Below are positions 1-14,590 of a stretch of 64,000 nt of DNA, one piece after another. The stretch covers positions 1,862,001 to 1,926,000 of the forward strand of contig NC_087245.1 of NCBI RefSeq assembly GCF_037042905.1, read 5' to 3'. The stretch's first letter is position 1, and each line of letters opens with the position of its first letter. The stretch is from Lytechinus pictus. Lineage: Eukaryota. A program made the translations under genes and the position numbers. The notes under the pieces were generated by a model. It saw only the letters and a program-made list of their open reading frames with translations. It did not search any database and had not been told where the DNA came from.

Positions 1-3000
1 CGTATGATAATGTTAACTGATTGTGAATGGATGCTAATATGTGTGGGTGTCTGGGTGTGTCTGATTATGGATGGGTATGAAAAAGGCGCCTTTATATTTT
101 ATTTTCCCTATTGTATATGGTTATCCAAATACAACCCATGAATGTGCGGTGTAAATCCTTAATGGATCATATGAACCATGAATAGCTTCAACCCTATTTA
201 AAGTCACTCAATAAAATAGATTTAATAAATGATCCTTGCAACCTTCACTTTTAATATACACGATGATATTGGAGAGAAAATGTATGAACTTTGAGTGGAA
301 AATCACTCAAAAGCAAAGGGGACCAAGGTTAGATACCCTCATTTTACAATTTTTGAAATAGTAATAATGGTAACGTGTGCCAGTCCAAATGATTATCTAA
401 ATCATCTAGTTAATATAGCTTAGGAATAATTGAAAGTGTAGATAAATGTTACGTCACTTTAGAATTTTTAATATCAATCTAAATTAGGACCAGCTATTCT
501 TATTCCATATTTTCTAAAAATCAGATGATAGGTAAGCCACAATCGATATTTGACAATACTGGATCTTTGAAAAGTGATTTCTGAGGTATCATAATAAGAT
601 GGATGGCTTTATCTTGGTGAAATTAATGCTGTTCAATAATAGACCAATACAAGATCCCATGAAACATAATACTCAACTGATGCTTTTTAATGTAATAAAA
701 TAGTACCATACTGCTATACGTTTTAATCAATCACCCATGCAAACCAGAACAGCTCATCCGTTTTTTCTGTGGAAGCTTCGGATAAGAGAAAAATATATGT
801 AGAATAATTCCAAGAAAGAGAAAAGGAGGGAGATGATACGCGAGGAAGAATAATATTGGGAAGAAGAATGTGATTCGGGGGATGAAAATAAACATGAAGT
901 AAAATCTACGTCACAGGGGGGAAATATTCATGATTTATGAGAACATGATATATGAAAATTTGATCTTTGATTTCTGCTAGCAGCGATATGATGAAGAATT
1001 GTAGTTGAGATAGCGTCCCATGAGAATCTAACATTAAGACACCATTCTACTCTGACTGGACATACACCTTGTAATAGATGTTTCTCTATCTTTTAAGCCT
1101 ATCCTGGGGAGATATATTTCGAGGTTTTCACAACAAATTCAGAATTACAATGCTGAAAAAGAGAGGCATATTTGGCACCTTCAGAGAGAGGCGAGTGATA
1201 AAGGCTGTGAATTACTTATGAAGTAAATCATATGCAATAGATCAAACGGACTTTCATTATAAGCATGGTAGGGTAATGATATAGGAATATAGTGGAGACA
1301 TGGCATTGGGTAGTAAATATCAAAATTATTTTGTTTAAGGATTTAAGATTGATATCGAGTCATCCAGCTATTTTTATTTTGATACCTTATTCTATTCACA
1401 TAATTTAAAAGAATATTATTATCCTTGACAACATAAGCCTTTCATTTTTTCGGTTTAAATATACTTCTATAACATAAAATTTGTCCATAAGGGCTAATAT
1501 TGAATAATCACTGATATCCCTATATCAGCATAATAAAAATGTAAGGTAAAACACTTATTTCCTTGCATGAGCAACCCGTAATGAATTTAGCAGTTCTATG
1601 ACTATGCTTTTTTTATTTGTATGTATGTGTTCTTATCATTCTAACTACTAATTTCAATATTGTAGAAGCGGACTTGATCAAAGAACAAATTGAGACGCCT
1701 TCACGGAACACAACTTTCTATAATTCTATTTTTCATTTTCACTTATTCACTACCGTATTTACATAGTGAATATGACCACTCACCGGGCACTCCTACCAGG
1801 GGTTCTTTCCGTCGTATTACAGACCCCAGGGAATTCATCTCAAACACTTACAGTCTTACGCTTCAGAAAACGGACAAGATGTTTTAACCATTTTCCCGCC
1901 ATCACTTTTTCTATAATTCTAAGAAAAATCTTGAATTTCGAGAAGAGCTGATCTGGAGAATCTTCCAGATAGGCCCTTGGACATATAATGTACAGCATCT
2001 TGGATTGCTCAAATAATTTTTGATACATGCAGAAAGTATGCACATTTTTTAGACTTGACATAGTTTAAGCACGGGTGTTTGATATACATCTATATTGTAC
2101 ATTCATTAAGGAAACGGACTATCGATAGGATTTAAGTATTGAGCAAAACATGGCGATGATATGGACCTTCTTTCATTTATCTAGGTGATGTTTAATATTT
2201 GAATAGATAAAGGTATTTTATTGCATTTTTACTTCTTGCATTTGATCGCATTCTGTTGCTTCAAAGAAAAAATATTCTTCTGATCTGTATTCACCTTATA
2301 ATAAAATGCTTTATAAATAAAGATTAAGGTTTTGCTAACATATTGACCGCAAGCATATCTTGTTTTTTTTTCTTCAATATCTTAACCTAACAGTCATGCA
2401 AACCAAAATCAACGATAAAGTGCATTTCTTAAAAGACCTGAAAGAGGAAATTTCCAATAAAATAAATCTTGCAAACAATGTTTGCTATATACAATATCAT
2501 GTGCAATCGGCCACGATATGCATGTTACTCACCTTCTCAATATACTTGGCTTTCATTAGGTGCATAATAGGGCATACATTTACTCACAATATTCATCCAC
2601 AATAATTGTTAGCAGTCTATAGATTCAACAGAATTCAAGAAGAAAAATTAACATTTTGACAAAACACTATTAAAGATAACTTTTCTTTTCCATTAATCCT
2701 TTCATATCAAAACATATATCAAATTAATTTGCAAAATAGACCAAGGGATGTTGTGTTTGCTGTTAAAATTTTTATCAACTAATACATATTTTTTATTCAA
2801 GACTGTGTTTGATTAAGAGAGTAGGTAATAATATTTGCCTTAGAAGTAGAACAAAATTGTCAATTACTAAGAGAGTGAAAAATCTGCTAAATGCAATTTC
2901 ATGTAAACAAAACAAAAGGCCCAAAGATATTCGTCCACACAGCTATTCTATCACTTGATTAGACATGTCTCTAAAAAACATAAATATGTAAAGCGTGTTT

Positions 3001-3711
3001 ATCAGTAGTAATCTTTGATAAGACAGTCTAACGTGCCCTGAGAGAACTTTCTCTGAAATCAAGAAAGCGCGAAAGCTGCTGCATCGCATTTCTGAAGAGA
3101 AAACAGGAGATAAACGCAACAAGAGAGGGGTAATAGACACACGAGGATTGGATTAAGGACCCGTGTTTCTGCCTGACTTGGCATTACATTGGTCCCTCCG
3201 TCACATGGCCACTGAGCGGAAAATCCTGCTTTTTTTACTTCATCCAACGGAGGCCCTTGAAATGATGTGCTGAAATACTCGAAATTTAACATTTTACATC
3301 ATAAGATCATGGAAACTCGAGTCGGGTTATAATGGCGTCAATAAGCCTTACTCCGATACATAATGTTCCAAGTAAATGGATAATTTATAACGACTAACTT
3401 GTATTTTATGATTGTTTTTAATTTCCGTTGATTAAGTCCTGCTTACTGCACCATCGTTCAGTCATATTTACGAAATTTTGTCCGTATATAATATTTAATA
3501 TCTCGTTGGCTACTAACAGAACATATAAGTGGCATAAGATCGCCATCAGACTTTTAATTTGTCTACACCTTTAACTCTTTGAAGTAGCTGAGGAATTATA
3601 TATATAGTTATTGTGAATTCATTCTTTCGAATTCCAATTTAAAGATTATTTCTTATTTGGCATTCATCTGTTATGAAGAACTTTAAGCTTGTAAATAATT
3701 TGTATCTGAAG

Positions 3712-4098
3712 ACTCGGTTTTAACCCGTCGTTCATTTCCGTACCCGTGATCTGCGGCGAATCTTGTAGAAAGTCCTTGCGTCGCACGCACGGGTCCTGTA
3801 TATGGCTACGTAATCTTAGGAACGCAAGTGATACGCAGGGTCATCTTGGCCTTACACGAAGCCGTGGAAATTACCAAAACGGCTTAACATCGGTTCTGTC
3901 TTGCAAATTCGGCGCTGCATATTCACGTGATAAAATGGACCACGCTCATAAGGAGGGTTGTAGACCCTAAAGAAGACGCCGACAGGTGTAGGTCTATAGA
4001 TGTGACCATGATGAGTCGCAGATGTTTGCTCATATTCGATTGCAGGCTGCGATGCACGTGCGTGCTAAGACACACATGACGAGCTGTGAACGTAGTTT
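3712..4098. mobile_element. Degenerate non-autonomous DNA transposon, possibly PIF/Harbinger-like
   Basis: GC/CpG-richer island. The right end GACGAGCTGTGAACGTAGT resembles Harbinger-type TIRs and loosely matches the reverse complement of the left end (ACTCGGTTTTAACCCGTCGT). No clean TSD; boundaries approximate. Confidence 0.3.
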
Positions 4099-4369
4099 AA
4101 ACGTTCTCACGAGTTTGCGGTCCACGACTGGTAATTGCTTAAAACATTTTGGTTTCAATTATTATTCAAGGGACATCTTACATTGTCTGTCAAGAAGACA
4201 AGAGTATACACTCTGGAAAGCCTCTCCATGGTCTATTCAATTGCGCCCAACTTACTAAGAGTGATTTTAAGTTTCATCAGAATTTGTTTGAGTTTTGTGT
4301 TCACATATCTTTGGCTAATGAAAATATCGAACAATGTCATATGACTTCGAACCAATAAATCGGACTATA

Positions 4370-5352
4370 CAGTGCGTATCAAAAAAAAGTTTACACTTTG
4401 AAAAAGACCTGGGAATTAAAAAATATACAACACGTGGGTAAATTTTTCACATATAATCTTGGGTTTGGGTCTCATCTATCCAATGAAAGTAAATGTTTTG
4501 ACAGAATGTTACACCTGAGTGAGCACTGTCCATTTTTGTAAAGCTCGTAAAAATCTGTTTGCGCAGAAATGCTCGTTTTCAAGCTGTGTCAAGGGGAAAA
4601 GGCGAAATCAAACTTACCCTGAGAAACATTTCTCATACATTTCCCTTGCACTTTTAGTCAATTGAAATAAAACGGATATTTTCAAGCATTTTGTTACAAT
4701 TTTGCCACCAAAATTGAAATTTCAACACTTAGTAAGTACAATCTTTACCCTTTTCGTGCCAGCTGGATCTGAGGAAATAACTGAATCTGAACAAAAGTTT
4801 ATATCAGACATCTCCAGCATTTTTTCATTAAGTTTTCATCATTTAAAGTGGGTCTATGTTTCATTTGTCATTTAATACTTGTTTCTCCACACTTTTCCAA
4901 AGCTTGATAATGATTAACAAAATGAAAATCAAGCCTTAGCCATTTCATGTAAATAACGGCTCAGTGTAAAGCAAATATCGTCACGATGGCCTCTGTGTGT
5001 GGGGGAGTGGGGTGGGGTGCAATGCATTCTTTGAAGTGTTTTGGGCAAGGAAACAAGTTAAAAAAGGTAAAAGATATCTTCAAATCAATTTTACTAGCTA
5101 AATTCCACATGTTCTTCATGATGAAGGTCTACTTTTATTCGCATAACTATTTCAAAGTTCTGCGCAAATCATTTTTCACTAACTTTACAAAAGTAAGTGG
5201 TGCTCACTCAAGCAGAAATATTTGACAGTTATATCGTCATTTGCTTAAATGGATCTGTACCAATGTTAAAATGTGGAAAAATCTTTAGGATATTACAAAT
5301 GTATAATTTTACAGGAGTTTTTCTAAGTGTAAACTTTTTTTGATGCGCACTG
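4370..5352. mobile_element. Non-autonomous Tc1/mariner-type DNA transposon (983 bp)
   Basis: TIRs CAGTGCGTATCAAAAAAAAGTTTACACTT ... AAGTGTAAACTTTTTTTGATGCGCACTG, flanked by TA on both sides (4368-4369, 5353-5354). No transposase ORF. Confidence 0.9.
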
Positions 5353-5689
5353 TATACACAATATTCATATGTCGTTTGTGCCAATGAACTAATAGCCTTT
5401 TGTTTCCCTGTAATGAGGGTTTTAAAAGGTATACATTCGCAGTACTTTTTTTCCAGAAATAAAGATTGTGCACGAACACGTGACAGTGTGTATCAGATTA
5501 CTTTCCAAAGTAACATCTTCCGAGGAAAAAACAAAACGGTGTAGACATTCAGGTATCATTGTCGTATCCTCAAAAGTATGCCCCTAACGAGCCAGAAAGC
5601 AACTTCTCCATGATAAGAATGATGTGTTTGGGACTGTTTGAAGGTTTCCCTATTTTATGAGTGTGTTATACAAAAACGAAGTATGCATA

Positions 5690-5820
5690 AGAAATAGTAC
5701 TGCTACTAATAGTAGTAAAAGTTGTAGTAGCGGGAATAACCAAAAATGGTAGTAGTAGTAGTATTAGTAGTATGTAGTAGCAGTAGTAGTAGTACACATC
5801 AGCAGAAGTAGTAATAACAG
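5690..5820. repeat. Degenerate (AGT)n microsatellite
   Basis: Repeated agt/agc/aat triplets. Confidence 0.85.
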
Positions 5821-8800
5821 ATTTGCTTCCAAAACATTCCTTGATCCCAAGAAAAGATGGGAAAACCCCTTGTGTAAATGAAGAGTTTGCATATTCATTT
5901 CCTTTCGTCCCACTTATATAAGTCATTATATACTCATTTGGATTCCAGTCACGTTCTTACAGGGTTCACGTTAAAGATCGGAAAAAACACTAACATCGAT
6001 AATGCATAATGATCTTGTCATGGTAGTCAGGCGCAATGCGAAGGACATAAAGAAAGTTACATCTTACGCAAGTTATGATTTATTACCCCCAAAAAATTGA
6101 CCACAGATCGGAAAAGCTTGTCAATAATGCGTTAGACTTGGCATAAATATCTTGTGTTCTTCCCACACTTGTATAGAGGGAAGTACTTCCTTGTTTTGTC
6201 TTATGTGATGGTATGTCTCTTGCGACTGACAGCAGATCATTCTCTCTCTCTAGTATGGGGTTGAAATAATTTGTAACGGGACCTACGGGTAGGTGTGTGT
6301 GTGTGTGTGTGTTTGTGCAAATATGTCTATGAGGGTGAGCGTGTGTGTTTACGTTTAAAGCATGATGTAGGTTAATATGGCATTGCTTATCATTGTTCTT
6401 ATTATCATTATTTATTTGACTGAAACATAAAACACATGATTCAGACATAAGTGAATTTTACGAGGCAAAAACAATAGAGAACAGAGCATTCTGGTGAGGG
6501 GTGATGAAAGCATGATAAATAACTGTTGCTCGGAAGCATTTTGACCTCCACCCCACCCCTACCCCACATGTAGCACTGCATACTTGAGATTACTATTGTG
6601 ATGAAGTGTCAGTAACCTTTTATCTCCTTACCCTGAAGTTTTTCCCGAATAAAGATTTTTTAAGGAAATTGTTTTCTTATAATGAATGTAGATAGCTTTT
6701 TTAAATATTGCATGTTTCAACAAGATTCCTTGAATAAAGAACACTGGAGCAATCTGTTTTTTTTTTTTGTACAATTGAAGTCAGATGTCTGTATTGTTCA
6801 CTTTAACTTTGCAATGTTGATTCCACTGAACATGACTCACTTAGGTGGCATATGATATGATTCATTTAGCATTGTCAGGAGTATGGCATTATTATATCAT
6901 AATACTATGTGACACCACCATAGTTATGTTATCGCATCATGTAAAGATGAATTTCGTAACATAAAAATTCAAGAAAAAAAGGTAATGGTGATAATAAAGA
7001 TTGGTGCCTTGGGATCATTTCATCATTTCATATTGTGGTTGGTCTAACATGTTAAAAAAAGACCTATAGGATATAGGGGAGTTCATTGATTTTGAAATCA
7101 TGCAATTAATTAATTGATTATAGATTAAAAGGAGACAATTTTAGAACTTAGATGATTGTATCAATATCCGCTAGAGAGCATAATAAGCTAAATGAAAAAT
7201 CAGTCATACATGTATATTTCCCATTTTGGAAGGGATTTTTATCAATTTTATATACAGTACTTCAAGGTAGTTATACAATTTCTACGGTCCCATTGGAGTG
7301 CAAAAGTGAATTAAATAGCTTATGCAAGATGCACAGACCGCTGTCCTTCTAAAGCAGGTGAAATGATAACAAATAAAATGAATTGATTTCGACCATTCAG
7401 AGATGATTGCCAGCGCATAATCTTTCGTTTAATCAGTGGACTACAACCCCGAAGAGTTGTTCTACTTCTTGGTTGTCTTATTGCTTATAGCGCAACACCC
7501 AATCAAATATTTGTAGAGTTCTTTGCACTTTTGTCATCTCTGAAACTCGAAACCTGAGAGCCCAAGGGGGGAGTGTATTGGTGAAGAGGCCAGAGACGAA
7601 TTATTACGCGTTATGGTCAAGAGAAAGATGGGACATTTTGCATCACTGGTCTACACTAAGATCGTCATCAACTTGGTTGATGAACATGCTCTACTAGCAC
7701 GAACAGTCATATCATGTAGAAACATTATAATTTATTTCATCTAGCAAATGTAATTGTATAGTGGATCGGACCTCTCTCTTTTTGATAAGTTGTTTAAAAG
7801 TTCGATTCCCAAATAGCGACGAAGACTTTTTTTAATCTTGCAAACATTCCATCCGCGTTTGTATAGGAATGGCTAAATTAGCTTGAGGTAAATGATTAAA
7901 ATATAGATATCCACACCTTGGTCATAATCTAGTCTACGCTATCATCCTATAATGCACATTATTGTTAGCCCCGTGTTCTTAATTGCATTCATCACTACCT
8001 CACCCAATACCGCCATTATCACCATCATGATTGTCATCACCACCGACACCACCACCATTAATCGTCGTCATCATCAGGATTCTGACAAACATTGTTGCTT
8101 TGGTTATTAATATTGCTGTTAGCATTGCAGAACATTTGAATATAGTATTAATACAGTATGTTTATTAAACAAGCATCTCAATCAAGCATTCATACAAGTA
8201 AGGTGATATGGAAACATAATTCCTCTATGGTTGCCTACATCTGTTTCACATTTTCAGTTGTGTGGCAAACGATGTGAATTTTCCAAGTTTCATTGAACAT
8301 GATATTTTCGCAAGTGATTTTCAAATGTTGATTTTTTTCTGCATTTATTAGTGTATCGTTCTACCATTTGGGTTTACTGTTCGAGATAAGCAAGTCCACT
8401 TAACGGTATTCTATAAATGAATATCCTCTGATAAAAATGAGAAAATCTGCATTCCTTCCTACATAGTTTACAAAAGATCTGGGTCCTTTGTTGAGATAAC
8501 CGCATGTCCTCATTGCTATTGACACGTGGATGGCTGAACTGATACTGTGTAAGTTTTGCGATCTTACTCAAATGGATTCTCAACAAACACTGACATTTCC
8601 ACATTGCCAATCCTATCCCAAAACTTAACACAATAGTGACGTGTGTTTGGCCCTAGATAATCTTGCCTGCTCACCATGTTCATTCTCAATTCGACCGAGG
8701 TAAAACTGTTGACACATGCATAAAGCCCGACCCCATCTCACCCCCCCCCCCCTCTCTCTCTTTCCCCCCTCCCCATTATTGTAGCCTATATATGTGGGTG

Positions 8801-11486
8801 GGTGTGTGGATGTTTGTGCGTGTTTGATTTGAGAACATCTTATCCACTCTCTCCGCTTATTAATTTCCAAATACTCTTCTTATTTTCATACTTCGTATAT
8901 CAAGAAATAAGCACCTAGGGCAAAGTTTGTTCATATCTAACAAAGATAAGCTGCAAATATTTTTTTTTGTGCCACATGATTGCATTGAATCATATTTAAT
9001 TTCACAGATTAACAATTGCTTACTTTCATGTAAACAAAATAGTTATCATTACATATTCATAATGTTTTAAGCATACTACTCGGTGAATGCACATAGCTAT
9101 ATGATAGAAATATCTAACTTATCATTCGGTTTAACTGAAGAAATGCAAATTGATTGAGCAAAACGAATGTCTGGTTTCCTTATCAGACCGATCATTCACA
9201 AGTAAACTCGTCTCTGTCTAAATTTAAAGATCATGGTCATTGCAAACCCTTTGAAAGTCGTTCCAAGATCACGTGATCAGTAAAGGAATGATGAATAGAC
9301 CCACACTATTTTCAGACAGTGAGTTAACATTCTGTGCATCAGATTAACAAACCAGAAACCAAATCATCGCCTTTTATTGCATGTATCTTTACACCATCAA
9401 GGCAATTGACAACAATTTATACCAGACGTAAACGTCCCTTTTCTCTTCTCGCTCGTCATGATTTATCAAAATGAAAGTGTGTGGAAAATGGAAAGTGGGT
9501 CCGAGTTAGCTGTTTATTCAGGAGTGTTGGGGCCATCGATTTCAGAAGGTGTACCCGTCTCTTGAGAGAAAGGCCACACGATAGACTGATTTATGAGGAT
9601 GGACTATAGAGGAAGGGAGAGGAAGAAGGAAGTTAAAATAGATGAGCTGAAAGCTGTAACAGGTTCATCGAGTCGTCACGGCAGGTGATCACTTGAGATA
9701 CAACTTAAATTACCTTGTAATATATATTGGAGCATACACTATTTTACACACAAAAAATACAAGACCATTTTGCAAGTTGTTACAACAAGCAATTTTATGA
9801 GATTCTAATGAATAAATCTGTTTGGTTTTTTAAAGGGAAAATAAGTTTTGGTACAGAATATTTGTAAGATTTCATTCCCCAAATACCAATTTTCTGTAAT
9901 TTTTACAGGTGTTTTCGAAACTTGGCTGCAGGAAGTTCTCTTTTTTTAGGAAAATTTTCTAACGTCTCATTTTCTATTTTGTTATTATTTCATTTAATCT
10001 ATTTACAATATTTATTTAAAACCATATAAAATCACAACAGAAAGTCATTTGTTCCCCTTCACTTTTATTCTTTTTTTCAAATAGAAATACAAATTTCTTC
10101 CTGTATTCACAAAGGTAGAAGATATCTTCTATATGTATTACATACAAAACATATACTTTTGATTATTCCATTTTATCTATGGACAATGTATATGGATATA
10201 GTATTTGTCTTGCGATGGCGATGACTTCGCCTTCTAATGTGCATGCGATTTTTGTTGTTTTCATTGCGTGACTGCTTATCTTTCCACATCTCATGTTTTC
10301 TTCTCCATTTTCAACTCTTTCTACTCTTTCCCCTCATCACTTCCACCGTGCTCGAAAGGCTAGGTGCCGGCAAAACATGAACCAAACAATGATTGGCAGC
10401 GAATTACATTAACGGTCTACGGTATTCTTGAAGCGCTGAGGGGGAAATTTCACAGACACAAAGGTGACCAAATTCTGACCACAAATCAGGTATATATCTT
10501 GTTGAACATAGATGTCGTGCTTGCCCATGACAGCCAGTCGATTCTTATTCGCGCAAATCACTGATCAATACACGAAAGTCTAGTCTGCGTTTTCAGACAT
10601 GTTAATAAATTCAGTAACCCCATTGCCACGAAACATCATGACTTTGATTTACATTGGGTGTTCACGTTCTCATTTCAATTTCTGATTTCGAATTAAGTAT
10701 CTGGTATTTCCGTAATACACAAAGAATCATTCGGAGATTCATTATACAACATACTTATTGAAATTTTCATATTTTTCACTACTCTGATATAATGGAAATT
10801 AATATTTCTTGGTTTTTTTTGCATGCAGGCAGATACCTTTAGTGTTCATTTTGTTTCCATTTTTAAATCATAAGCTGGCATTTCTTAATCGTGTTAATAG
10901 AGTGCACATGGTTAAAATGAAGTACATGAACCTATACTGCTAAAGTTGCGGGAGTTTGATGTCTGTGAATTAATGCTATTATTTTGCCTTGAACATCACT
11001 CGCGCGAAAAATCAAACGACAAATCCATTTGAATTGAAGCGTGTGTATTTTAGTAGCCGGATGAGAGGCCTCGCTATCACCTGAACGTCCCTGACACACG
11101 GGCAGTGGTGAATATTTGGTCACAATGGTCTCCTCTCAATAAGTTGAAGGTTTTTAAGATTTTCTCTCAAACCACCAGGAAAACTCACTGTAGCGCACCT
11201 CAAAAATACAAACAAAGTATACATCTGATGATATAACCTCCCTATTTGTTTGATACCGGGAATTGATCTGGTCCAATGTATCAATATATTGGTTAGATTG
11301 ATTTTTTTTTCTTCAATTCTTTAGAAGCCGCCAAATCCTGAAGTTATTAGTAAAGCCTGAATTAAATATTTTCCGTCCCCCGTTTAAGACAAGAAGACCC
11401 CTCGCTTTCTTACTTTAAAAGTGGTCACTCCACTCTCAATCCATCTCAGAATCAAAGTACTCAGGTTTCCTTCGTCGTGCATCTGT

Positions 11487-11500
11487 GTTACCATGGTAAC
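11487..11500. promoter_or_regulatory. Perfect palindromic RFX X-box motif
   Basis: GTTACCATGGTAAC matches the RFX X-box consensus. Function is not shown by sequence alone. Confidence 0.5.
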
Positions 11501-13346
11501 ATCTTCTATTTGTATCTTTAGCATCTCTTCGTACCTCGATGTTCCCTCTACACCCTGAGTTCAACGTCACGGAAACAGCGGATAAGGTTCCTTGATAGGA
11601 GCAGGTGAGGAAAGAATGGCCCACAGCTTCACCGTCTCCAATCACATCCAAGCGTGCACCAAGCTCTTATCATATTTTCTTATCATATTTTTCGAAACAC
11701 CCCCCCCCCCCCCCGCCGCTCTCTGGTCCAATTATATGCCTCTGTCATTCGTGTACGTATCGATCACAGGGAGACATGAACATTAACATGAGCAGAAGGA
11801 TGATGTCACCTGATCCTGACATCCTCACCCATCAGCTAGCCACCCACACAGATTGACACACCAACATACATGTATACACTGACCATTACTCATAGACCCT
11901 ACTCACGTCTTCACACACACACACACACACCCACACACGCTCGTCGTCAACCTTAGTACATCCATCTAACCACACCTTTCCCCCCTCTTTCGCGAATCTT
12001 ATACTCATGCCCATCACTGTATTCTGAGAGATCCTGATATGAAGCATGTGAAATTGAAAGTGCAATTCCGAAGAGATCTAACTCGGTGACATTCAATTTG
12101 CGGATAGTGTTTCAGTTACCGATTTCTATTGGTACAAATCCTACCCCACGATGTCCTCATGAATGGATATGCTCAAGCGTCAGCAATTTCATTCGGAATA
12201 GATTTTGATTACTGCTCCAATTAAAAGATCAAACTTTTTTTTATTCAAGCAACCCTTCATAAATAAAACAAAGATATCAACCGATTACTTGATAATAAAT
12301 TGTAGACAATAATTCTTAAGGGCTTTAAGTCGATATTCAAGTTTTTTAATGAATCTTTATGCTTATCAGCTTCTTTTTAGTATAAAGTTTGCTATGTAAG
12401 ACATCTTATCCCTTTTTCGATATTTTCAAAAGATTTTTTTTTTTTTAGAAATAGATGTATAGAAAACTAGCTCATCGATATTTTACAACTTTTTAAGTTA
12501 ACTACATATTAATTTATAGGATAACTTAAGAAGAAAAGAATTAATAATGATTAATCAGTAAAGGTAGTAGCATAGAATCTGATTGTACACATTGCTGGGA
12601 TACCACAACAAGAAATCTGCTTCTTTAAAGAAATACTTTATATCATATTTTGGTATGTTTTATCAACAAAGATACCATTAGCATCATAGTGCACAGTAAT
12701 CGAATCTCCGTAATGTAATGTTCTGCTAGATTTAGAAGATCACGAAAGTTTGATATACGAGTCAACTAAATTACCCTTTCATTTTGTCCCCAATCATACA
12801 ACCTTCTCGGGAAAAGATAGGAAGAACATTGATGAAAAAAGTATCATTTGGTAACCATAGAAACCGTTGAATACAGGTGTTCTGTTTTCTGGTAATTAGG
12901 AAAATAGAATAAGCAAAAAATAATGATGCAATATAGCCTTTGGCGTCATAGCGTCAGATGGGGAAATTTCGCATCTGTTTTCATATAATACTCTTAATTT
13001 GAGAGATGTCTTGGCTTAGATTAGTGGTTTACTTTCCGAATCCATGAGGTACTAGGTTCGAATAATGGACGAATAGGACGTATACTGAGCTAAAATATAT
13101 GAGACGCCAGACAAGCCGGTATGTGGCAATACTTTGAAAAAGCTGTGAGCTGTATTCTATACATAGACAATAATAATCTATGCAGAGGAAGAGTCTGATA
13201 GTACAAATCATAGTCATGATATGTTATGAAGAATCTGGGATTCTTATAGATAGTCCTACTATGTCCCTCATCCGGAAATTATCGATACCCTCCACCCCAT
13301 GCTGTAAGTACATAATGATGGATAAACAGGCAGATAACTTTTCTTA

Positions 13347-13730
13347 AGCCCGTCTCACATTATGCGATCCGGTGCGACGCGATTTTTCAAGACGCAGTTT
13401 GCATTAAATATGAAAGTTCCAAGAAGTAAAATTATCTTATTTAAAGTTTAGCATTTTGTTAGGAAAACAAAAATCATATTTTTACTTTGCGGCAAGCCCT
13501 AAGGTCGAAGTAAAGTCCAAATCGGCTTCAAGTCACAGCCGATGATGACGTCATTACGATTTGGAATTGAATGTGGTTTTTATTCATTCAGGGAGGCTCT
13601 GAATGGACTGAATTTTGATTTCAGTATAGTCTTACCACTATTCTTAACTCTGATCCGTAATATTTTATTAGTTGGAATATAGATATCAAATTTTATCACA
13701 ATTAATTTGATTTTTTTTTCGAGAGCGGCT
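13347..13730. mobile_element. Degenerate PIF/Harbinger-like MITE
   Basis: Left end TTA|AGCCCGTCTCAC and right end GAGAGCGGCT|TGA are a weak inverted match with TWA-like flanks. Confidence 0.3.
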
Positions 13731-14179
13731 TGATGCAAAATTTACTTGTGCAGGATAGGGAAGGAAAATGTGAAAGATAAAGTGATATTCCTCTTTAACA
13801 AGAGTCGAGAACAGGCTATTGCTTATGCAATAGTTGTGCGAAAATGCAATCATCTTCATTCCAGTCTACTCACGATTTCAGTAAACATCGTGTCACAATC
13901 ATGAAATTAAATTGAACATCGTCCTGAACGGGTTCATATTTGCCTCAGTGCGCATAGTAGAGCAGTTGCATGTTTTATTATAAGGTTGTGGAGTGTATAT
14001 AACTTCGTGACAGGACTCTTAATACAAACAGAGCTCCTTCGTATTCCCCACTCCACTATATTCTTGTATTTTATTGAGTCGAGTTGGCCTCAGTGGGTAG
14101 TTTTCTGTTATTCGAAAGTGCTAGGACAGAGATGCCAAACACTTACGTTGGCAACCGACACGGTACATGCAACTATACC

Positions 14180-14590
14180 CCTCCCTTCCTTCCTTCTTCT
14201 TCATCTTCATCTTCTTCTTCTTCACCATCTTCTTTTTTTCTTCTTCTTCTTCTTCTTCTTTTTCTTCTTCTTCTTTTTCTTTTTCTTCTCCTTCTTCTTT
14301 TTCTTCTTCTTCTTTTTCTTCTTCTTCTTCTTTTTCTTCTTTTTCTTCTTCTTCTTCTTTTTCCTCTTCTTCTTCTTTTTCTTCTTCTTCTTTTTCTTCT
14401 TCTGTTTCTTCTTCGTCTTCTTCTTCTTTCTATCTCACTATCACTCTCTCTCTTTCACTCTTTTCTTTCTTGCTCTCTCTCGCTTTTGCCCCTCTGTTTT
14501 GTATCTGTCTTATTTTCTCTCTCCTCTTCCCCTCTTTCTTTTCTCTTTCTCTATCTTCTTACTTGCTCTCTTTACCCTCTTCATCTTTTA
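14180..14590. repeat. Long (CTT)n/(CT)n polypyrimidine tract
   Basis: About 400 nt of almost pure C/T on the + strand. It explains the poly-F/L/S ORFs in all three frames. Confidence 0.95.
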